A stretch of 37,905 nucleotides of DNA from Guillardia theta CCMP2712 (Eukaryota > Protista > Cryptophyta). Shown piece by piece: positions 20,481 through 30,462 of this stretch. A program made the translations under genes and the position numbers. Position 1 is the stretch's first letter, and the number at the start of each line of letters is the position of its first letter. The DNA is taken from the NCBI RefSeq assembly GCF_000315625.1, contig NW_005434617.1, forward strand, positions 490,127 through 528,031, read 5' to 3'. A model generated the notes under the pieces. The model was not told the DNA's origin. It worked only from the letters and a program-made list of their open reading frames with translations, and made no database searches.

Positions 20481-22758
20481 ATGGCGAGGACCGGCGGCAG
20501 CAAGGCAAGAAAGCCAGAAGAAAGGGATCAAAAAGTTTCATTCAGCCATCAGTTTTGGGTGCTCGTTGGTATCAATGTGGTGCTGTCATACTGTCGCGAG
20601 ACCTCGGGCATGGAGCCCTGTAGACTCTTTCCCTCTGGACTGAGAGGGACTGGTGTCCTGACTGCAATCCCCTCGTCGTGCCATGGCATCGCCCCCCTAC
20701 GTCTAAAGGTGAAGGAGCGTGCGGCAGTTTCTCCACTCATCGACTTGTTGCGTAGAGAAGTTCCTTGCGTCTGAGAGGTGGGGAAGGGAATTCGACAGAG
20801 CAGATCAGCCTGGATGTTTCAAACGAGACCTCGCTCGAGCACGCCTTCAACTCCGCGAAAGATTGTGACGCCCTCGAGGAGATGTCAGGAGATTTCTTCA
20901 GGATATCATCAGCACTTACACCTGTATCAGGTACAAACAGGTGTTGGAAAGAAATGCCTCACACATTGCAACTTTGCACAATTATGGGAATTTGTTGATG
21001 CGGATCAGACATGATTACCAAGGAGCGAGGTGATACATCTGTGCTTGAGAGAGTTTGGACCTGAAGCTAATGAAGGAAAAAATATGAGAAAGTCATTTCT
21101 TTGTGTCCTACTCATGTTTCCGCACTTTGCAATTACGGGAATATGTTACACACGCATCTTGGAGAGTACGACCAGGAAAGTCAAGATGTAAAGGAATTCG
21201 CCTGTAATCTTTGTGCAGGCCGAGGAGATGTACATGAAAGCTCTTGCTTTGGAGCCTAATCATAGTACAACTCTGTGCAACTACGGATTGTTTCTGCAAG
21301 TAAGACGAAGTGTTGTAGTGTCGAAGAGTGAGATGTTTTCAGAATGTTCGAAAAAACATAACGGCGGCAGAGACACATTATAAGAAAGTGAGCGAATCTT
21401 TTAAGTTGTGATGAAGATGTCTTATTGGCATGCAGGCATTGGGAGCAGACAGAAATCACTCAACAACGCTTTACAATTATGCAAGATTGCTGCAAGTAAG
21501 TGGATGGAAGTATATGCTCAGGGTTGTCTTGTTAATGGTGAAATTAGGAGTGCAAGCGAGACCCTGCGGCGGCGGAAGAACTATACCGGCGAGCGATCCA
21601 GAGTGATCCAGAGCACAGGTGGATTCGTTATGTTGCATCATGTCTGTCTTGGCGTGGTGTCTTGCCTGTATTCCCGTTTTACTGAAATCTTTAATTGCAG
21701 TCACGTGCTCTGCAGCTACGGTCTCCTACGACTCGTAGTACATCGTGACGTCGACGGAGCGGAAGAACTGTACAAGTAAGAAGAGTTTCTTCCACCCTCT
21801 CATTATTCATCGATTTTCCTATCAAGGAGAGCGCTGAAGAGCGATCCCAACCACGTGGCGACTTTGTACAACTATGGAAGTCTTGTAAGAAAGAGATTTT
21901 CTCCTGAGGTCACTCTAAACCTTCACAGCTCGAAGGTGTCCGTCAAAACTTTTCTGGTGCAGAAGAGATGTACAAGGTAACCAGCCTCTCTCTTCTTGCC
22001 ATCTGAGCTCTTGCCAGCGCGTGCTATCGGTTGATCCGAATCACTCGACCACCTTGTCCAACTATGGAGGACTCTTGCACACTGTTATTCGAGATTATGA
22101 TGCTGCTGAGAGGCTGTACAAGGTGAGATCAATCTCGAATCCTTATCATCGTCATCACACTTATTATTGCAGCGGGCTCTTGAACACGATGCGAACAGCA
22201 CAGCAACGTTATGCAACTACGGCCTTCTCCAGCAGGTTGTCCGCCTTTGACCTTGTCAAACGATTTTGAAAGGAGAGAGCAGACAGTGCGCGCCAACTTC
22301 GCCATCGCGCAGTCTCTCTACCTCCGCTCGCTAGCGGTGCCGTGCCAACTCTTTCTGTATCTTCTCCTCACATCCTGCAGGTGGATCCCGGCCATGTGCC
22401 CACCCTATGCAACTATGCCTACTTGTCTGCCACATCGCAGAACTACACCAAGGTTTGACGTGTCGTCGAGCCCCCTTCCGTTGACCGCGAGTAGGCGGAG
22501 GAGCTTCTGGTCCGAGCGCTTGACACTGAGCCTACGCACGAATTTGCTCAGGTGATTAAGATACAGACTTGCTCTGTCTGATCCTTCCGCAGCATTTTCT
22601 TGCTTGGGTGCGAAATAAAACGTCGACCGGTGCGCAGCCACCGAGAGGTGAATCTCTTGGTGGGCAGAAGTCAACCTGACCGATCACAGCTGCTCCCGTT
22701 CAATCGGAGCCCGGCGGCAATGTCAGCAGAGCTGAGAGTGAGAAGCTTGTGTATGTGA
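20481..22758 (+). CDS. TPR-repeat protein (about 9-10 repeats) with hydrophobic leader and LRLRGG motif, many short exons
   Basis: Repeats of the form AEELYKRAL.xDPNHxxTLxNYGxLL across exons 20930-22550. A phase-0 intron 20709-20755 joins …PLRLK to RSSLRLRGG (20765-20782). Confidence 0.85.
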
Positions 22759-22959
22759 CAGGCAGATACACTGACGCAAGCCTGCAATCAGATGCGACCT
22801 CAAACGTTGAAAACCAACCAATGTGAGAGGATGATTACTCATAATGCTATTCTACAACAGGTCTGACACCATAAAGTGAAAGAATAAATTCAGCGGCTCT
22901 AACGATGTCATGAGCTCAGCTTGAAACGAGAACCATAGGCCGCTGTCATCGTCTTGCTA

Positions 22960-24200
22960 TATTCTTGGTGCCATGTCAGCCCGTCTACCTGTTGTAGGAG
23001 GATGAGCCGCGTGACGGACAGCAACAACTTGCCTTGCGGATCATGTCGGAGGAGCGGCTCTTGTCTTTGCCGAACCGAACCCTTGAGGGTCTGAAGGTGC
23101 TCATGACGCCTGCCAAGGGGATGAGGGCAGGGGAGAAAAGGAGGAGAGGAAGGAAGGAGAGGGAGGGAGGGAGGGAGGAGGGGATGGAAGGGGCTGGTTC
23201 ACCGGTCGGCACTCTCTTGGGATCTGGTTCGCCATAGAGCTGAAGCCATGAGCGAACATCCTTGACCTGCGAGGGCGTCTCGAGCACCATGCAGTGCTTC
23301 TTATGGATCCTGACAAATGAGAGTGAGGAGATGGCATGTCAGTCTCTTCCGACCCGTCCAGATTTTCGTTGGTCATATTTGGCCAAAAGAACTTCTTGTT
23401 CACCTGTCAATAACACAAGCGCAGGTCAAACCCTTGCAGACCTTGAGTTCTTCACTTCACCGTGCAAGGATTGGATAGGAAGGAAACGCCTTCCTTGCTT
23501 CGATTCACTGTCGCTTCCTTTAGCAAAGTGCTTCAGTATGTCACCAGGTCGCAGCAGCAAGCACCATTCTGTATCGCGGCTTCGCAACTTGGCGGCCCCA
23601 AGCTGTCTCGAAGCGGAAGATAGGCTCGACCTACTCGAGCATGGCAACGTCATGCGAGGACGCAAGGCGAAGACTCAAACCTCGGGAGAAACAGCGTTGG
23701 CTTTGTCCACTATGCCGATCTCCTGCTGGAGCAGCCTTATGCCTCTCTCTCCTATGCACTTCACCAAGTCCTTCCGCGCCTCTTCACTGAGCTTGATGGG
23801 CTTCTCCCCTGGCAACAGCCATGCTCTCTGCGGAAGCTCGTCTGAACATCATCATGAGACAAAGAGGGGGAGAAGCAAGGCTTTGAACCTGAGCTCTGCT
23901 TTAGCGTGAAGGCTCCTTGCAGAGGAGGAAACGACCTCTTCGGGTCAGATACTGGCATGATGCCTCGTTTCGGATCCCGCTGAGAGTCTGAGGATTCCCA
24001 GAATGTGAATCCTAATGTTAAAGTGTAAATAATCATCATTGATGAGCTCCGGTAACTCAACGATGCTTCAACTTTTGCTATTGCTTGCATTCTTCTTCCA
24101 TCGATGCATCTCTCTATCTTCTCTAATACTCTACCAGCCTTCCTCTGACCCCATACGTTTCAACCTACTCACCACTTTCTTCTTCCTCTGCCTTGACCCG
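22960..24200 (-). CDS. Uncharacterised multi-exon protein
   Basis: Chain of GT-AG-bounded open exons on minus (e.g. …ELPQRAWLLPGEKPIKLSEEARKDLVKCIGERG…, …VKDVRSWLQLYGEPDPKRVPT…); no family recognised; ends approximate. Confidence 0.4.
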
Positions 24201-24700
24201 TGTCTGCCCACTAGTTCTCAAAAGGCTCTGCCCATGGCTCTACCCACGACTCTGCCCATGGCTCTCTGCCCATGGCTCTCGCCATGTTCGCTTGTCTGCT
24301 CTAACTGTCGCTCAGTGCATGTTCGTCGCGTCTCCGCTTCTCATCGCTGCATCAACGGATCGCACACCACACAGAACTTTTCAAGTTCTTTTTACGGGTA
24401 TGAACTTTTCATACCCCTGACAAAAAGTCCTAAAAGTCATGGTGGAGGGAAGGGAGTTGGTGGCAAGGAGGGGAGGCGAGGGAAGCAGAGGGCTGGGGCA
24501 GGAGAATGAGGAGCGAATGTCTGAACTAACCAAGGAGGGGAGACGGGGAAGGAGGAGGAGCGGGATTGAAGCATTAGCAGGGGAGGTGGGTTGAAAAGGA
24601 TCAAGTGAAGCAGAGGATGGAAGAGCAGTGAAAAGCACAAGGAGGGTAGAGGTGTCGTTAGAGAGATGGCACGCAAGTAACGAGGACTGCAGGTGTTATC

Positions 24701-25030
24701 ATGGACAGCAAATGCGAGAGAGTCATCAAGGACTATCAGAAATGCCTGGAGCTTGCGCCAAAGCGCGGATGTATGGAGAAGCAGGCGAAAGTTCTTGAAT
24801 GCCGCGGGATGATCCATTGCCCGAAGGTAGCTCGTGCGCATTTTTTGTGCATGACAGGAACTGCTGAATCTCCTTGTGTGGTGCAGGAAGCGAAGTGTTG
24901 GCTTCAGTGTCATCGTGCCTTCATGAGCGTTGGAAGAGGAGACAAAGGACAACTCAATTGCGATTTAGAGCGAGATACTCTCATCGCGTGTCTGCCGGAA
25001 TTGAGCTTATCAAATGCAACTGTATCGTAA
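24701..25030 (+). CDS. Small protein with four CX9C motifs (CHCH-type mitochondrial intermembrane-space / Mia40 substrate); one 60-nt intron 24827-24886
   Basis: After splicing: CERVIKDYQKC, CMEKQAKVLEC, CPK|EAKCWLQC, CDLERDTLIAC, each C-X9-C. Confidence 0.75.
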   Translation: MDSKCERVIKDYQKCLELAPKRGCMEKQAKVLECRGMIHCPKVARAHFLCMTGTAESPCVVQEAKCWLQCHRAFMSVGRGDKGQLNCDLERDTLIACLPELSLSNATVS

Positions 25031-25211
25031 TCATGAGAGTGCAATTCATTTCACCTGGAAGATGCTCGAATTCAAGTGACGATGAAACATATGGGCTGCT
25101 CCTGGGTTGAGTTCTTGATATTGCAAACCAGCTGACGATGGGAGAGTCTTCCCGGAACAGAAATATCCTTCTCTTCAACTTTATCATTCCACCAATACAG
25201 CGATCTTTCTT

Positions 25212-26274
25212 TTACGTGAGAAACCAATCCTCCACGAGAGCATCGTTCCATGTGGGGCTCTTGTACAGTCGGATAGATACAGCTGCGTCGCACAGGTCAG
25301 TGAAGGAACTCTTGCTCAGCTAGTTCAACACCTGTATCCCATCTAGGACGTGAAGGAAGTCCACGATAGGCTGTAGGTTTCTCGGCGAAGAAGGATCGGA
25401 CGAATTCTGCTTGTCCCCAGGTGTTCACAGCGTTGGCGATGGTGTCGAGCTTCGAGAGATACTCAGCTTCCGAGTAGGGAAAGCGAGGATTAATCTGCCC
25501 GTAGTACGCGTAGTAAATATTGACTGATACCAACTTCCTGTCTGTCACGAGCTGCAGCTTGTCGCACTTGAGAGCCATGTCATGGTATAAACCGTACTTC
25601 TTGTTACATAGCAGCGCCAACTCAGCACCAGTGAGAAGAGAGTCTGAGCTCACGTCCGCCTGTTGCACCCGTTGCATCTGTTGCAGTCTTTCCGTCAAAG
25701 ATTTTCCAAGATCATCGTCTGCCATAGAATAACTGTCCGGGAGCTCTTGCGAGAACAAATCTCCTTCGTATTCTCCGTCCGCCCCCAGCTGTTTCAAAGA
25801 TATGACAGAAGTTTCTGATTCAAGGATCTGCTCCTGTATCATCGACTCAAGCTCGTCTCCCTTCCGCCAGCGCTTCGAGTCAGCCTCTCCAGGAACAACC
25901 TGTAGTCGCCAAGCCTTCGCACCTACACGATAAGAATAAGCAAACGTTTGATTTTGATTGAAATCAACATCACCAGACACTGATGAAGTATCGAAGAACC
26001 AGTCAATTGACTGCCCGAACTTTGAACCTACAGGACCAAGAAATCCAAGCATTTTCTCAACCGAGCCGTCTTTGGGGCCCTTGTCTGTATCAGGTTCAGG
26101 GTTACCCATGGCCATTGTTCTCAAGCCACATGTTCTACGCAACTTCAAGTCGTTTGGATGACTTGAAGGTCTCGTCACAAAGTTGGAAGCCAAGAATGCA
26201 GAGGCGACATTTGACATGATCAAGCCCGTCACGCACAGGCGTGCTAGCTGGGTCGCGAGTCGGCTTGGGAACAT
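25212..26274 (-). CDS. Plastid-targeted DUF3067-family protein; one intron near the 3' end
   Basis: Bipartite leader MFPSRLATQLARLCVTGLIMSNVASA|F (ASAF motif). C-terminal LTGAELALL…KYG…FPYSEAEYLSKLDTIANAVNTWG…VRSF…RPRWDT|AVSIRL…EDWF matches the cyanobacterial/plastid DUF3067 pattern. Confidence 0.8.
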
Positions 26275-26321
26275 GCTGAGGAGGCAAGCAAATATATATA
26301 GAGATAGGCTGCGTCTCGCTC

Positions 26322-26433
26322 AGGATCTCTTCAGTGCGAGTATGAGGATGTCTTCAGTGCGAGTATGAGGATGTCTTCAGTGCGAGTATGAGGATCTCTT
26401 CAGAGCGAGTGTCAGGATCTCTTCAGAGCGAGT
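26322..26433. repeat. 23-bp tandem repeat AGGAT(C/G)TCTTCAG(T/A)GCGAGT(ATG/GTC), 5 copies
   Basis: Units start at 26322, 26345, 26368, 26391 and 26414. Confidence 0.95.
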
Positions 26434-26855
26434 CCAGTTCTCAGCTCGTCCAAGCTTCTTCGCTGCTCTACTTCCTCTCGGCTAACCTTCTGCTTCACTT
26501 TCTTACTTCACAGTTGCAGCATGTCCTTTAGGAGGTTGCTGGAGCAACTACCACCCCCGTTTGTCCACCATGATGTACCCCTACCTCCCTTTGCATATTC
26601 TCTTTCAGGCCGGAGATACATGCTGGTCACTACCCCCACCCCCTCTTACAGTTGCACCTAAACCCTACCTTGAAAACTCTTTTTCGAGCTCTGAGGCGAG
26701 CTGGTTGTTGGCCGAGCGATGGCGAGCCATGGGCAGAGCATGAATGGAGTGACAAGAATGAAGGCATGCTGTAGTTGACGCGTTGAAATGAGTCTGTCAT
26801 AGACGATTCCAGCACAAGTTCTCCTACCCTCATGTTGTGAACACTTGTCGGTCAT

Positions 26856-29093
26856 ATGCCTCCTCGATCCTTTCAGTTTCCTTCTCAATGGCGACGGGGC
26901 GCATCTGTTTTGCTATGGATACTACATTTTTCGTGCGTTATGCTTGCAGCCTGGGACGATCAAGGTCACGTAGCAAGCTCCATGCACCTCAGGCCGCTCC
27001 AACTCAAGGCGGCGCTGGTCGGGCACAGCTCAGCATCGAGAGGCTGCCTGAGCCTCAGAGGAGGTTTGCTCGACACCTCGAGGCCAAGTGATGTCGTTAT
27101 GTCGGAGACAACCGTCGCCACGGAGGGCTCAACCTTTGTAGACGTGTGCAATGACGTGTCCCTTTGTCGCGATGCCCTTCCCCTGGTGAAGGCAAGCGAG
27201 CATCTCTCTTCGGAGCCTGGTAACCAAACTGTCCCCCCAAACAGTGAAGTGCGTATCAGGATGGAGCCGACAACGTATAATCTTACTTGCGAAGGAGACT
27301 TGCCGATCATTCGGCGGATGCTTCTGTATGGCACCAAGAAGCCAGAGAAGAATGCATCAACACTGATAGGCTCTGCACAAATAGACGAGCAACACATCAG
27401 TGGTGGGGGACGATTTAAATTTCTGAATGGGAGCGCTGGCTCAATCCTTCAGGGGGTTTCGTTGCAGTACTCATTGCTTCATTGCGTCATCATCTCAAAA
27501 TCAGGTTTCTATTATTGTTGACAAGACGTCTTCATCCCCGAACTGAGATCTTAATCAGTTGTATTGTTTCAATCTTGCGAAATACGAACATTCCAACAAA
27601 AGGCAGGCGACACACCAGTGAGCTGCTTGTGGCTGCAAGAAGGTAACAGTACACGACATGCTTTATTTCTTGCCATCTACTTTTTTTAATTTCATCTTGT
27701 TGTATTTTTTGCTTTTTCATGAACTCATCTTCACTAGGTCAAGGCATGCTATCAAGTTGTACGATTGGAGGATATGATGAGGAAAGACAAAGTGGGACAG
27801 GAATCGTAAGAAATTTTGTAATGTTTCAAAGGGGTGACAATTCGTTCAAGACGTTGTTTGGAAGCCAAAGTGAATGCATAGTAGAAGATTGCACTATAGA
27901 GTTCTGCTTTGGTTCATGTAAGGTCATTTTTCTCTGTTCTACATCTAGTCACTGTCAAGAAGGCATCGCTGTAATTCTCAATGGCACTGCAAAGATAAAG
28001 GTTCGTTGATTGGTTGAATTTCATCTCAGGAATTTACCATGTGCGATGATTTCAGAATAGTGCTATGCTGAATTCCTTTGCCGCATTCACAGCATCGGAC
28101 TGCATCTTTCATGACTGTAAGCACATACTTCAAGCAGCACGTCTACCAAAGTAACTTTTGCTCTATTTCTCAGCCGACGACATTCGATTGATTCCTGCTA
28201 CAATACATGCAGAAAATTGTCTGATTCAATGTTTGAACGGTGAATCGATAGACAACCTCGTTTTGCTCTGGATGACCTATGCATGCTTCTGGTTCCACTG
28301 AAAGTAAGTTTTGTCAGGAACATGGCAAGACAACGAAATTCCTTCAAATTATCAAGAAGTAAAATTTGCTCATATTGGGCATTTGTTCTGAGATCTCAAT
28401 GCAGGTCAACGTTACGTTGAAAGATCCTGATATACTTCCCCCACCGTTGATTATGTCGCAATGGTGAGAAACTGCGAATAGAATCGATGCTCTGACTTGC
28501 TTTCCTTGCAGGCTGGCAACAAAACCAAGATACAAGTGGGACAAGGAACGAGGAACGTGGCTGTACAAAGGTTGAAATCGTTTGCTTTATCTGCTTTCCC
28601 TCAACTTCTTGACAGGAAGGAGCAAGGAGGGCATCCAAGCACGGAAGGCTTTCTTCGACTCGGTCCGACGGTGAGATGCATTGGCAGACCAGGATGACTT
28701 CGTGATGTTTGCGGCAGGCCGGAAGAAGTCGACTTGCATCAAGTCAACAAAGAGATCAGGAAGGTGGGTTGATGCTCGAGGTGTTGACAGCAAGTCTCCT
28801 GATGTCATTGGTTTCACCTTGCCGTCATCTTCCCTTCCTCTGCAGAAGTTGCCATGGGAAAGCAGCGACAGTGCTTCTGTACAGGAGGAGGAAGAAGAGT
28901 CCTCTTCCGAACAGGCGAGTTTAGTGAAGAAAGTGCAACGAAATGCTCACATAAATTCATGCAGATGAAGCTCGATTATCGTGGGTTTGATCAGCGATCG
29001 AGGCAAACAGGCAAGTGGAAGAGATTTGTGCGAGCATGTAATGGCAGGCAAGAAACAGTGAGATGGTGTAGGCAAGATGCAACACTCAAGTAG
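26856..29093 (+). CDS. Signal-peptide + LSLRGG protein with probable right-handed beta-helix (pectin-lyase-like) repeats, multi-exon
   Basis: Hydrophobic leader ASVLLWILHFSCVMLAA; LSLRGG at 27048-27065; exons such as GMLSSCTIGG…GTGI, SECIVEDCTIEFC, IAVILNGTAKI are typical parallel beta-helix coils. The 3' end could extend to ~29210. Confidence 0.55.
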
Positions 29094-29387
29094 AGCAAGA
29101 GAGTGTTGATATGAGGAAGAAAAAAAGTTCACTCGAGTAAGAGAGTGAGATGAGGGAAATCAAGGAAGAAAACAACCAGAGGAAGACGAAACTGCTGCAA
29201 ATTGCATGAATGAGTGATCAAGGCAGGAAATCAGGTCTATAGGTTGGAAAGGGTGTAGAGAGGGAGGAATGACGCGATTTCGTGACTTGAGCGTCTTGTG
29301 ATATAATTTTCAAGGCATGGAGACGAAAGACATTACCTATCGCTACAGAGCTGCTCTGGGTCATCCTGGGAATCCTCCGGTTCCAAG

Positions 29388-29991
29388 GAACAGGTTTCTC
29401 ACCACAAGCAACTGATGATCTGGCCTGACGTGATGCTGTCAGGCACTTCAAGGGAATCCGCAAAAACCCTGTGCTGAAGCGGAAGGGGAGGAGCATCCAT
29501 TTGAAGTGAAGCGGGGCTCGAGTTTCACTTCCATGTCGTAGGATCAGGATTGAAAAGAATCGTTGGGTTTGCAGGGCTGTTGACCAGCATCTCCTTGAAC
29601 CCTTCGATTCCGGGTACCTCGCTGAATTCAATCAAGAGTGAGGGAAGAATATCATACATTAAGCAAGGGATGATAATCATATCTTAACAAGTAGATGAAG
29701 ATAATCACATCTTGACAAGTAGATAATCATGTCTTAACAAGTATCATACACGCCCCACTCACTAACTTCCACCAACTCCTCCCCTGCCTTCACCAGTCAT
29801 TTTCTCCTTCCGGTAGTCGTCTCCTCCCCTCATCCTCGAGTTAACAATCTCTTTCTACTTTCCACACCCTCCCGCTTCTTCCTTCTTCTCCTAACTTCTT
29901 CTCCTATCATTCACCTTATCGCATAGCCGCCGACCACTCCGGCTTCACCCAGCAGCACGACATTGCTTGCAACAATCGCTTCTGCAATCAT
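29388..29991 (-). CDS. Possible small spliced gene (MIAEAIVASNVVLLGEAGVVGGYAI|SEVPGIEGFKEMLVNSPANPTILFNPDPTTW|…)
   Basis: ATG at 29991 with phase-compatible GT-AG junctions; no homology recognised. Confidence 0.3.
29672..29743. repeat. 22-bp repeat GATAATCAYRTCTTRACAAGTA, 3 copies
   Basis: Copies at 29672, 29700 and 29722. Confidence 0.9.
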
Positions 29992-30462
29992 TTCGCCTCT
30001 TCGTCCGTTCCAACATGCAGCAACTTCCTAATGCGATCTTTGCTGTCTAAATCACAACTCTCTGAGGCGGACCCATTTCCGCATCAATGATCGGATCATC
30101 ATCGCCGCCGGTGATCACCGACCAAGATGAGAGTCGAGTGGCACTCAGCCGACGGTACTACAGTGACACGTGCTTGTGGCTTCACTAGTATGAATTCCAA
30201 CTTGCGATCAAACAGAGTATCTAAACTGAACAGTGAAAGTCATGTACTGTAGCTTGCTACTAGGCTGTCCGATCATAGCGGACTTTTATTTCCCACGGAT
30301 TCCCACAGTCACGGTCCGTCACGGTCCGATCGGTCAAGCTGCCCGGCTCTGTTCAACCATTTTATTTTGAGGGCCTGCCAGCCGTTCGTATTTGTAGGCA
30401 CCGCTGAAGGTGTCAGCTAAACTCGGTGCTGGCCCGTCGCGGCTGCCCTTGCCGGCCGCTCT

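Noticed and set aside
20765-20782. Ubiquitin or ubiquitin-fusion genes at the LRLRGG sites
   Set aside because: No ubiquitin-fold sequence (MQIFVKTLTG…) precedes any of the motifs; only the hexapeptide is present.
26322-26433. CRISPR-like array
   Set aside because: Head-to-tail repeats with no unique spacers, eukaryotic context, no cas genes.
29820-29840. Minus-strand RMRGG as a fourth LRGG-type leader
   Set aside because: Falls in a purine-rich stretch that is probably intronic, and no in-frame signal peptide could be linked to it.
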